A stretch of DNA of 64,000 nucleotides from positions 88,290,001 to 88,354,000 of the forward strand of contig CM052817.1 in assembly GCA_028534125.1 (NCBI GenBank), read 5' to 3'. Position numbers and translations under genes: made by a program. The DNA comes from Lama glama (taxonomy: Eukaryota). Under the pieces are notes generated by a model. It searched no databases. It was not told the origin of the DNA and saw only the letters and a list, made by a program, of their open reading frames with translations. This document shows positions 12,081 to 23,599 of this stretch, piece by piece (positions within the stretch are counted from its first letter, which is position 1; each line of letters begins with the position of its first letter).

Positions 12081-14099
12081 GATTTTTGTTTATTTATGTA
12101 TCTCATAAAGACATTTTTGAATAAGCAAAAAAAATTACTGTCTCCAATGGAATATTATGCATTGATTTGAGACTATCCTTCCAGATTCACCGGTTCTAGA
12201 CTTTGATTGCCTTTAAACTAATTTACAACTTTATAAACTGTAGGTAGCTGAAAGTTATGCAAAGTAACTCTTACCTCTGACCATGCAAATAAATTCTATT
12301 CAGTGGAGATTTAATTAATTTTCCTCTCTTCTCTTCATGCTACTCTTGGAAAAAATCAGTTATTTTTTTGTAAATTTATTTCAATATTTATTTATTCAAA
12401 ATAAATTTGTTTCTTTCCATTCCCTTTTGACTTGGCCGCAAAGTCTCCTGGCTCCTTCATTAATACTGAGTTAAATAAATCTTTAAGGGAGTTCAAAAGT
12501 TCATCTTATATACCTGTATGAGACTTGTAATTTTATTAACTTTTTTTTTTTTGGAAAATTATTCTTTAACAATTTTGGAAGTCTTCCACTGAGATTCCCA
12601 CTGGATTCATCTACCTGGTAGAACTAGACCAACACTGTTCCCTGATACGTGCATCTCCTATGGGACACTCAGGCCCCAGGTACAGCTTTTCTTAACTCCT
12701 TGAAGTGAATTCAAATAGCGATAGAATTTTGCTCTCTTTTTCCAATTTCGGTTTTCTTTTCTATGTAGTTTCTCTTTTTTTAATGGCCAATAAGTCACAA
12801 GCAGTGATTAGGAATTTGGAGTTATAGCTTACTCATTTTATGATCTCTGTAAATGTGTTAATAGTTTATAGAGATTTATTAACTGCTTGAGAAAAGTGGT
12901 AGAGAATTGAATTATTAGCCCTCTTTGTTGGTCTGCTTGTCTAGCTTAAGCTCAAATCTATCAGAAACTTTTGATTTAAGAACAATTAAGAACTGTTAAG
13001 AACAATTCCTTTACGTCTTAGTGAACTCTTGTATTTGTGCTTGCTATTGGCTCAAGGCTGAAAGTATAAAATTATAGCTATGTTATCTTTCTGTCTGTAA
13101 GTATGTCTGTAATTCAGAAAGGTTTTTACATCTTATAGTATAAATATGTAATGTTTTATTACCTTCAGAGGGTTATAAGAAATAAGTCCATATATAGACT
13201 CTTAAAGTAAAGGAGTGCTGTTCTAATGGACTTAAAAGAGAAAAATAAGCACTTATAAAAATATTACATTTCTAAAATTCAGAGATAATAGGGAAATTGT
13301 ACTTCTAGCAATTTAAGTATACTATAAAAGACAAAAACAGTGTTTTATATAAACTAACTCAAAACTTAAAGAATTCAAATTCACATAAATTAGGTAAAAC
13401 TGGCAAAAAATAATTCACTAATTTTGGTTTAACAAAAATAACTGTGCCTTCTCTTATTAATTAATTTAAGTAGAATGGCTTTTTTGTATACTCAGTATGA
13501 TTATTCTACTTGGGTGTAATTTTACTAAATTTATACAGGTTTACTGGTCAAATAAATAACATTATTCCTATAAATGTGTAAGGTTATGAAAAAAGTAAAT
13601 GTGTATTAAACTAAACTGAACCATTATCATGACAAATTCAACAATAATTAAGTTATGTAGTATCTCAATTTGAAGATGATTTTCAAGCTCTTTCGGTAAC
13701 TTAAAACCTTGGACTGATTTAATTGAGTTATCTAATGGATACTCCTTGACTATCCAGATAATTTCTGAAATAGAACATAGAAACTTTGACTACTAGGTAA
13801 TTTTCAGTTTGCATAATTTGTTTCTTATTTATATATGGCTAAAAAAAGGGTACGCCTTTGGTCCATGTTAATTAAAAAATTCATTTTTGCCACTTTGAAA
13901 AGTTGTATTTGTGTATGAAGTGAAGCTAGAAAATGCTTGCTTTCACTTCTCCCACAAATATTTTAGTATTCATATACCATGAGAGATTAGATCTGTAGTC
14001 ATTTATCTCTGAATTGTCATTTATGCTCTGTCTCTGATCTGTCATTTATGATCTGTCTATGCTCTGATAAAAAAGGATAATAAACTTCTATTATCTCCC

Positions 14100-14717
14100 C
14101 TAGACAGCTCTGTGATTACAGCCTGTACTGGGTCCTCAGTTAAGGCCCCAAAAGGACTGAAACACACCCCACAGATGGTTACATGTCAGAAAGGATGAAG
14201 CCCAGAATTAGGAGACATCTCTAGCTTATAAAAGCGAGTGATACTCCTGTTCATTTGGATCTTAGAATGATTTATTTTCATATCTAAAAAGATGAGAGTG
14301 AAAATCCTTTTCTTCAATCCTCACAACAGCGAAAGTTCTGGGGTTTTTTGTTTGTTTGTTTTTTCCATCTCCTTTTGGAAGTAGAGAGGGGCAGCAATTG
14401 CTCTCTGGTACATAAACAGGATGTTTTTGGTCCCTCATCTTCAGGGTGTGATCTTCTCATACATTATCTTTCGAACTAAGAGATGGGGGACGGATGCTAC
14501 AGTGTCACTCAGGCTGTTGATCCGGTTGCGTCCATAAATAACTTATGTCCCTGGCTATAGCTGTGTAAGTGGGGTGATACCCCACACCCTTTAGTGTTCT
14601 TGACAAAACAAGGAATTTCCCAGAAACTGTCAGTGTTCATAATCTTTCTGGGTCCTAGAGTCTTGGTAATTCGTTGTCTGATAGTAGATAATGAGTCAAA
14701 TGTTACCAGACATAACA
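14100..14717 (-). mobile_element. Probable solo LTR nested in the MER4-group element
   Basis: GC-richer block of about 600 bp whose minus strand begins TGTTATGTCTGG. Left boundary and TSD not resolved. Confidence 0.45.
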
Positions 14718-15677
14718 TCAATTATTATTTAAAATGCTTACTCAGCCTCAATCTTATTTCCCTAATTTAAATTTAGCATCATATAAATTAGTCCTTTTTA
14801 AATAGGGATGCATATCTAAATTATCTATAGTGTTTTATACAAATTCAGGTGTTAAGATTCTACTCCAGACTTACTGATCATTTCAACTGATATTCTTGAT
14901 CTATTCTTAGATTTTTTTTTGTTTTGGTATGTTCTTGGTATATTATGTATGCCATGCCTCAGGATTATTTTATGTTGTATATCAAAAGTTTTCCCCTATA
15001 AATATAAAAAAATAAATTTTTATAAATTAGTTGTACTACTCACTGACTTTTTTGCAAATATGTATTTTACCTTATTTTCCATGCTACAGAAACATCCATT
15101 TCTTTGTCACTTGCATTATTTTTGTTGTGTATTTTTATCATAAATTTCACACTTACAAATAAATCAGTAATAAACTAACAATGACTATATTTAGTAACTG
15201 TCTTTTACACATAGATTTTATTTTACTCTGGTGCTAGCTAAAGGTCCTGTAGTCAGCTACAGGCCAGAGTTTCTTTCTTCATCAAAGGAAGGCCATCTCA
15301 AAGCTGTGTGTAAAGGACCTTATTAGGTACCTTAAATTAATAACACTTCAAAGAATAGATTTTGGGTTAGGCTTCTGATGTTACTGCTTAGACAACATTC
15401 AGATCATACCATTGTGATGTCAGGATTTCCAACTCTAGTGTTAATGTTAACCCAAGACCCAGAAGAACAAGAATTAATTACATAAGGCCTAATAAACTGA
15501 TGAAGGAAACTTGATTATGTCATTTTTTGAGAATATTGTTGGCATTATTTCAACATTCTATTTTATGAATATATGAGATTCTTTTTCTTCTTAAGTTGTC
15601 TCCAACCCATAACTATTTAATAATCTCTGCATTTGAAAACTGAAATGAAACATTTAAAACATGTATCTGACTACTGA

Positions 15678-16020
15678 AACCCTACAGCTAGCATCATACT
15701 TAATTGTGAGTAACTTCAAGCTTTCCCACAGAGCACAGAGGATTTATATTGTAGTGAAAATACTCTGTATGATATTATAATAATGGATATATATTTGTCC
15801 AGATTCATAGGATGTACAATACCAAGAGTGACCCCTAAGGTAAGCTATGAACTTTGGGTGATTATGATGTGTCAATATAGGTTCATCCTTTTCAAAAAAT
15901 TGTACCAGTCTGGTGAGTGGTTTTGATTTTGGGGAAACTTATGCATATGTGGAGGCAGGGGTTATATGGGAAATCTCTGTTCTACACTTTTATTGTAATC
16001 CTAAAATTGCTTGAAAAATT
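15678..16020 (+). mobile_element. L1MC-type 3' end preceded by a short ORF2 piece
   Basis: 'ccctacagctagcatcatacttaat..gctttccc', then 'agagtgacccctaaggtaagctatgaactttgggtgattatgatgtgtcaatataggttcatc' and 'tatatgggaaatctctgt'. Confidence 0.8.
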
Positions 16021-17095
16021 TCTTTCAACAACTCAGAAAGTTCTTACTGAATTTTCTTATGCTTTTTTAGTAATGATTATACAATAATAACAGTAATGTT
16101 CAGTGATAGACTATCCTGTCTTATCAAGAGGACAAATTAGAAAGATAAAGCAACAAAAGCCCTGCCTTCAAAATTATTTGACAATGCTAATTATTTAATC
16201 AGATATGATGAATAATTTTTTTAAAAGTATGGTTTACTTTGTGGAACAAAAGCTGACAAAGCCCCAACAAGGAAACTGGACTGCGGCCTGGCATACAGTT
16301 CTCAGCCTTGCAGATGATAAGAGAGATCACTTGGCAAGTCAAGGATCTTTAGGACATTTTAGAGATTTCAAGAAGTAGAGATTCACACAAATTATAAAAA
16401 CCGCAGGTGAAATCTGGAGGAGTTTATTGAGCTTGGCTTCCTAGTTTTGTGATAGCAAATAATAGAGGTTTTTAAAAGTCAAATCAGAGAGTCCTTATGA
16501 AAGCATTTAGCATAGCAAATATAAGAAGGCAAGTAGGGAAATTAATGCTCTTGCTGCACCTATTTAAATACTCAATCCATGCATAATAAATCCCTCCTTA
16601 TTCTGCAATCAAGAATAATATTTGTTTGGAATTATTATGATAAAAAGGAGGAAATACTGTTAGGAAAGTCAGAATAAACAAAAAGATTACTGGGCATCTC
16701 TAATGAAAAAATGCAGTGATAGAACACATCCTACTGGAGCTATCTGATCAGTCAGTTGCCTTTGAGATATTTTACAACCCTGTGAGTTGTAGATAACCAA
16801 TAGTAATACAAAATTCTTCTTGGTTAGGCACATGAAAATAAATTCTGTCCAGTGGGGCTTCGACGACATCTCTCTTCACAGGAAGAAAGCCTGTTTTGCA
16901 TCCACCTGTGAATTTATGTCAACATAAGCTTTTTTTCTCATCTAAAATGTTATCTTCTCTGTCCATTTATTACTTGTGTATTAATTAGTGAGTTTGAGTG
17001 CTTCTCTTTCCCTTCTATTTGTATTAGTTGTGTTATTTGTTACTATGAAACTTATACAGTTTACATTACCTTATGTTATTACTTGTCTTTAACAG

Positions 17096-17156
17096 TAACC
17101 CTAATCTTAACCCTAACCCTAACCCCCAACACTAACCCTAACCCCAACCCCTACCC
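17096..17156. repeat. Interstitial telomeric sequence, degenerate (TAACCC)n
   Basis: About 10 hexamer units, 6 of them exact TAACCC: TAACCC TAATCT TAACCC TAACCC TAACCC C CAACAC TAACCC TAACCC CAACCC CTACCC. Confidence 0.9.
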
Positions 17157-17719
17157 AGTAACTGCCACCGGACACCACTGCTTCCTCCCACTTATACTCA
17201 CTGATCCTGTGTGAGTTTTTAGTCTCTGACTGCCTGCCTGCCTCTCCCTCACCCTCCCTTTAAAGCACCGGCCACCTCTGCACAAATCCATGGTTGTCCC
17301 TTCATGCTGGGCCGCCTTCTGCTGCAGGCACATTTCTGACTCAAATCTGCCCTCTCCCCTTCAGCTCTTGTTCAGCTCTGCTCAGATTTGTCTCCTGAAC
17401 CCTGTGGACACTGGGATGCCTCATACCCACACGCACCCATGCTGTTCAGTGGCTGGCTTGGTAGGTAGCCAGAGGGTCCCCTAGGCCAGCAGGAAGGACA
17501 GTTGATGGACAATTCCTGCTTGTCTGCCCCGTCACAACCCTCAGGAGGTGTTTCAGGGCCTGGTCCCTGGACACAGCAGCCTGGAGATGTGTCCAGCCTT
17601 CCTCCCGCTTCCCAGTGGTCACAGCTTAATGAGGAAACTGCAGGTGAGGCCGGGCCTCTGGCCCTTCTGTCTGGGAGCCCGACTGAGGGCTGCATGAGAA
17701 AGGAAGTCACTCATATTAA

Positions 17720-19185
17720 CCAACTTAAAGAAATCAAGGTAAATGAGGCTAAAATATTTCAGCACTTACAGAATGCCAACCCAGAAATGTAGAAAAAGCA
17801 AAACCTAAAGAAAGCAAAAGATTAATAACAGCATCTTATGTACATGCTGTTGTCTAATAGGTTAACAACAGATAATGCAAAGTGGATCACACAACATAAA
17901 GTAATAGAATACATAAGCTGGTATATCCTGAAATTTACATACGTATGTAGACACACACAAATGTTTAGCAAAGCTAATTGAGAAAACACAATTACACAAT
18001 TTGAGGGAGAAAGAGAAGGAAATATAACCACATTCATAGAGGAGATTGTTTAAAATCATGAACTGATTAAGACTATGTGGGATCTTGTGCCAATATGTTT
18101 GAATCTCTTGAAAAAATAGGAAAAATTTAAGGAAACTGGGAATTACAGTAATTTCCCCAAGAACAAGTGCACATCTAAACAGAATAGCTTGAAAGATTCA
18201 CATCGAACAGCTGCCCTTGGGCAGTGTGCTTGGCACCCAGATGAGGGAGAGGAGCAGACTACTGCTGTCTATTTAATCTCTTGCAGAGCATGGAGATGAA
18301 ATGCCCCCTATTTCCACTTTCAAAGGTAATATCGATACTAAAAGATGGCGAAACAGGAAAAGGCAACTCCAAACCCATGTCATTATGAATATCTATGCCA
18401 AGTCCTAAGTAGAAGGCATGGAGGTGGGGTCCACAGCAGGTCACAGTCCTGACACTCAGCCACACAAGGTCACCCCAGAAAGCAAGGGGGCCCTGTGTTA
18501 GGGCACTTACTAAAATACTGTTACATCAACTGAGCAAAAGCAAGAAACACCTCACATTCATGCCAACAGGTGGTGAAAGACAATTGCTAAAACTCTACAT
18601 CAACTCTTGATAGTTTTATAATTGTGGTAAAATACACATAACAAAATTTACCACTTCACGATTTTTAAATGTACAGTTTGGCAGCATTAAGTGCATTTAT
18701 GATGTTATGGAAGCATCTCCACTGTCCATCCCTAGGACTTTTCCATCATCCCAAACAAACTCAATTCCATTAAACATTAACTCCCCATTCTCCAAAAGAG
18801 AATGTCAATGTTTAATGGAAAACTAAATTAAAGACAGGGATTCTACTGTCTTTCAAAGAGAACTATACTTCCTCCACATGATGTAGCAAGTCTTTCCATT
18901 ATTAGTATGAAATCACAGCCTTGTGGTGAAATTCAGGAAGGGGGCAGGCAAAGGTAGCAGCTGTCATATTCCTCTTTCCTGGAAACTACTGGACAGGGCA
19001 CATGGACGTGTCACTGTCATATCAGAAAAAAGGAGGCAAGTTTATCATTATTTCATAGGTCAGATGACTACCTGCCTAGAAAATCTAGGAGAATGAAACT
19101 TAAACCTTATTGCAACTAATAATAGTTTAGCACAGTGGCCAGTTATCCAAAATACCACTTTTGCATTTAAAAGTAATAAACGTGA
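17720..19185 (+). mobile_element. Highly decayed ancient L1 ORF2 fragments
   Basis: 'ccatgtcattatgaatatctatgccaagtcctaa' (resembles the [12 protein letters not shown] region) and 'cagatgactacctgcctagaaaatctaggagaatg'. Confidence 0.5.
18613..18793 (-). mobile_element. L1MB-type 3' end
   Basis: 'ttgtggtaaaatacacataacaaaatttacca..tttttaaatgtacagttt..cattaaacattaactccccattctcc'. Confidence 0.8.
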
Positions 19186-20112
19186 AATGAATCGCATGCC
19201 AGAATTTCCCCCAGATCTTTCAAAAATTCCACGTAGAGGCTGTGGGTCTCTGCTGGCCTCATCTGTCAGAACTTAAATCTGCCCAAAGTGGTATCATCTG
19301 TTTTTCCTGATGCTGCAGTAAACGCCTCTACATGCAGCCTCTATCTGCATTTTTATTGGTCTCCTTGGATGAGTTCTCTCCAGGAAAACATTTTAAGAAC
19401 TTCCAGAATGTAAGATGCATTTGGACAACCCCCACCCCCACCCCCATCCCCGCTCGGGAGTTTGTCCTGCAGCCTTGTCTGTGGTTCCCGTCCCTCTACC
19501 CACCACCAGTGCTGCCTTGTAGTTTCACTTTCATTTACTTGGTCCGGGGAAAGATGGTAACCTACTTATTTGAATGTAGTGCTTTTATCATTTGTTTCTA
19601 TCAGTGTTAAGCATTTTAATGCAGCCCCAGTCACCTGTGTGCCTGGGTGTTACCAGAGGACAGTTGGTGACAGTGGGGCTCCACTGGAAATTTGAGCATG
19701 AAGTGGAATGGTTAGCTGGGCACTGGGGTGGAGGACACCTAAATCGGGCATCCAGGAGCTGCTCCAGGGTAGAGGCAAACTCATGCCCCCAGACACTAGC
19801 CAGGACTGTGTGTGCACGTCCCAGTCAGCTGGAATTCCAGATCTGGAGGAACTCCTGCTCTGGTCTGCTTTGTAAACCTTTCGCCACTTTACAAAGACTG
19901 TCTCCTGTCAAAGTCAGTCGGCCCCCAAACCCCAAACCTGAAGATAGAACCAGATAAACGTCGACAGAGTAAATGAAAGCTGGCTAGTGAGAGCACCAAG
20001 TTCTGCATGCCTGCGGACATGCCTGGGGCTGCCTGGGTGCAGAGCCCGCCTCTGGAGATTTGAACAACTTTGGGCCACAATTCTGCCCACTGGAGGTAGG
20101 AAGGGGAAGGGC

Positions 20113-20148
20113 AGGAGGAGAACTCACTTAAGGAGGAGAACTCACTTA
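20113..20148. repeat. Perfect 18-bp tandem duplication AGGAGGAGAACTCACTTA x2
   Basis: Read directly. Confidence 0.95.
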
Positions 20149-21229
20149 GGGAAAGCCAGCTGTCAGGAAGCTCTGCTCAGATGGGCGGGAGGGTGGGAGA
20201 GACTATTCTTCAATCAGCGGGAAACAGGAGAGGGGTCTCCACCGGGGGCCCTGAGCTGTGAATAGGGGCAGAGAGGAGAGCCCGGGGCAGTGAGGGTGGG
20301 GCAGTGAGGGCGGGAGGGAGGAAAGGACAGCTGAGGGAGGAGGGGCAGGAAATGTGAGGGGTGGGAGTTGGGGGGAAGGAGGGAGGGAGCTGATGGGGTC
20401 TGAGTTTGGATGAGGGAAGGAAGTGAGGAGCCAACTGGATGCTGTTGGGAGGCTGAGCCTCTGTCCCCGTAAGAGGACAGCTGGCCCCAAGCCCACCTGC
20501 AGTGGTGACTGAGGGTTGAGGATGCTGGTCAGAGGGGGAGAGAGGCCACCTGGAGAAATCAACCCAGTCAGCCCTCTGAGCTGCCCCAACATTTGTCCAC
20601 TCTCCCGTTGGCCTCCAGCCAGTATGGGGGACGCAGGTGTACCAGGCCCTTCTCTGAGTAGATGACCGGTGCTAGGGACCGACCCTCCTGGGCTGTGGTC
20701 AGTGCTGGGACGAGGGGCATTCAGGACAGAAGGGCTAGCACTTTGGTGGAGGACCTGGGCTCTTGCTGGCCAACATGCTCAGAGGTCACAGGCATGGACG
20801 TCTAAGGGATGGTGCAACCCAGCCCTGGGGTGACAGTCTTGTTTGCTCTGGCCTTGGGGCCCAGTGACTGCAATGATGGACGGTGGCCAGAGCATGGTCA
20901 TCCTCACATACCTCTCCTCTGACCACTGGGCACCGTAGACACACTCAGGACGTCCTGATGTCCCCATCCTCTGACCCTTGGACCCTGTGGTCACACTTAG
21001 TGCATTCCCACACCCTATCATCTGAATCTGACCACTAGATGCCATGGTCACAATCAGAACATCCTCATGTACCCTGTGAGGGTCAGGTCCCTGCAGACCG
21101 TTGGCTGTGAGGACGTGTCGCTCCCAGCCAGGCAGTGTAGTCGCCACAGTGAAGTCAGCTCTGGAGTTGGAGGGTTGCCTCCAGTCCTGGGGTTGGGGCA
21201 AGTCAGCGCTTGGAGGCGCTCCTCCACTT

Positions 21230-22280
21230 CCTCCTCCCCTCCGGCTCCTCGGGGGTGGGCGTGGCCTGCAGTCCCGTGGCCGAGAGTGATTTAGGACGCG
21301 CCGGAGGCGCCAGCGGCAGAGGCCCGGAGAGGAGGTGGGAGCCGCGGCTGCGGTGAGTGCCAAGTCTGTCTGAATCCAGAGTCCCCTGGCCAGATGCGGC
21401 ACGCGCCTTCCTGGGTGGGGGCGGAGATGAGGGGGGGGCGTCAAGGGTGGTCCGCGTCCGGGTCCCGCAGGTCCTGTATCCTCCTTGCTCCCCAGGACCC
21501 AGAGGCTGGAGGAGAAGCAGGGGTGGGGAGCTGAAGGCCAGGCCCACGGCGCGGCTGGGGTAGGGAGGAGGCGGTAAGCGCCCCTCACAGGCTAGTGTCC
21601 CCGCGCAGAGGGCCATTGCGTCGGGTTTGTGTGGGTCAGCGTTTGGGGGCCCACTGAGGGTTCAGGGGACTGGCTGTTGTCAGCGCCGAGCTTTTGAGGA
21701 GATAGGTGCGCGTTCCGGGCCCAGGTGAGGAGGACACGAACACGGCCGGTGGGTTTGCCAGCTATGTGCGCTTCCATCCATTCACTCACCTGAGAACTAT
21801 TCCCTGAGTGTTTACTGCGTGCCAGTCACCACCTGCAAATGTGTGTGGGGACAGAAGGGGCGTCCCTGTGGAGTCATACGTGGGCAGTTCAGGTGGCTTA
21901 CCTGGCCAGGATGGGACAGTGGGTCTGGTCACTTAACTCACCCTGCACCCTCTGCGTTTTGTGAAATTCTCCCCTAGTGCTCCCGAGTCCCATGTTGATT
22001 GAGAAAGCAAGGAGTTGAGTGGATCCAGCTGAGGCAGGGCGCGCGCTCCGTGGGGGAGGCGTCAGGGTGTGCACGTGCCCCGGCTTGCTCTCGGGTGTGC
22101 TGCCCCAGTGCTCGGGGTTGGAGCTGCAGTGGGAATGGGAATTGCCTGGGCCGTCCTGGGTTTGCACTAGTGCCGAGCACTCCCGAGTCTGTACTTGGAA
22201 ACCGGAGAGCTGGGGTCTACAGTCAAGGGAGAGGACAGCTGACCCACACCTGTGCACCTGGGAGGAGGCGCGTGCCTGGC
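21230..22280 (+). promoter_or_regulatory. CpG island, candidate promoter and first exon of an unidentified transcript
   Basis: Dense CpG. Sp/KLF boxes GGGTGGGCGTGGC (21253-21265) and GGGGCGGAG (about 21420). Plus-strand donor-like sites GCG|GTGAGT (21353), GCG|GTAAGC (21574), CAG|GTGAGG (21725). Confidence 0.65.
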
Positions 22281-23599
22281 AAGTACAGGATTGCTGTCTG
22301 AGAGGACTGAATGGTTTTCCTCCCACAGTTGGTGAACCCACCACCGCCTCAGGCTGGGGAAAATGGGAGGAGGAGGGACTTGATACAAAATGACCCAAAT
22401 TCTGAAGAAACAGAGATCTGGGGACAGGACACTCAGTGGTCAGGTGACAAGGTCTGCAAGTATTTGGAGAGTTGGGGGCAAGGAGGTTTCTCAGTGGAGA
22501 GGAGTCAACACAAATATAAAGGCCCCGGCCTGGGGTTGGCGTGAAAGGTGGCTTGACAGCACGTGGACCAGAGGCCCTGACTCAGGGGGTGCCCTGAGCA
22601 GCACTTCTGCTCAGGCAGAGGGCAGGGGCTGCAGTTCTGGCTGGGGAGGAGGGAACTTGTGGGTAACCAGCCCCTGTTCTGGCTGATCCTGGGAAAGAGC
22701 AAGTCAACTCCTGGCTGATGAGAGGGATTGCGTCTGTGTGGCGAGGTCAGAAAACGGGGGATCATGAGTTTCGGCTGAGTCTTTGTGGGGCAAGGTCTTT
22801 GCAGGAAGCTGTTTCCTAGACACAGAGGGTGAGGAGATTTCTGGACTTTCAGGTCACCTTCAGCATCATTGAGAGGGCCTTAGTTCACCTCACAGCCGGG
22901 GAAGCTGAGGCACAGAGGCTCAAGAGGGAGTTCAGGTGGATGGACAGGTGAAGACCCAGGGTTTGCAGTGGAGAGGGGGCTTCTGCATCACCAAGCTTTC
23001 CAGTACTAGACACAGCTCTGACCCCCCAGTCTTCATTTGTATCTCCTTAGAAATGGTTGATTGTGGTTAAAGTGGGTTCTCCTTTCTGTTGGGGTGATGG
23101 GTCCTCGGTACCCAGTAAGTCCAGTGTCTTAACCCTAGCCTACCACCAAGGGCCCTCAGCCTGTGAGAGGAAGGAGGGAACACTCAGCCCCGGGCTGTGA
23201 CAACAGGGAAGGGACCCTCAGAAGTTGACCTATGACAGTAAGGAGGGGACACATAGACCCTGGGCTGTGACAGGAGGAGGGAATGGGAGTTTAGTCTTAT
23301 GGCTACTTCAGATAATGGGCCGGTTACAATTTATTTACTTGAAAAAGGAAATAAGCATTTTCTTATTCCTAAAAATGCAACAAGAACATTTAGAAGAGAA
23401 AGATTTCAGAATATAGCTCCTCTCTTTATTAGTAAATATAACAAATACAGAATATCATAATCATCTGTTTATTATTTCTGCAGACATATTAATCTTTATT
23501 ATAAATAGAAATCTTGAAAGTGTCAAGATACCTGTGTTTTCTTTTTTTTTTAATTTTCTCTAAACTTCTGACTATTTCCAAGGAGAAAAATAAATGCAT

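Larger units (their letters stand above)
12150..16870 (+). mobile_element. Decayed ERV1 MER4-group internal region with nested insertions
   Basis: 16230-16560 resembles MER4-type internal sequence ('cagccttgcagatgataagagagatcactt..gcaggtgaaatctg..cttggcttcctag..tttaaaagtcaaatcagagagtccttatgaa'). The AT-rich 12.8-13.9 kb and 15.2-15.6 kb parts have similar character. Boundaries are approximate. Confidence 0.55.

Noticed and set aside
20779..21588. 269-aa minus-strand ORF and other ORFs across the CpG island
   Set aside because: Pro/Arg/Gly-rich with no recognisable domain. Overlapping ORFs in several frames are expected in GC-rich, stop-poor DNA.
20480..23300. Superficial resemblance to MAGE-type upstream regions
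   Set aside because: Only generic GAGG-rich words match, and no MAGE homology-domain ORF is visible in the window.
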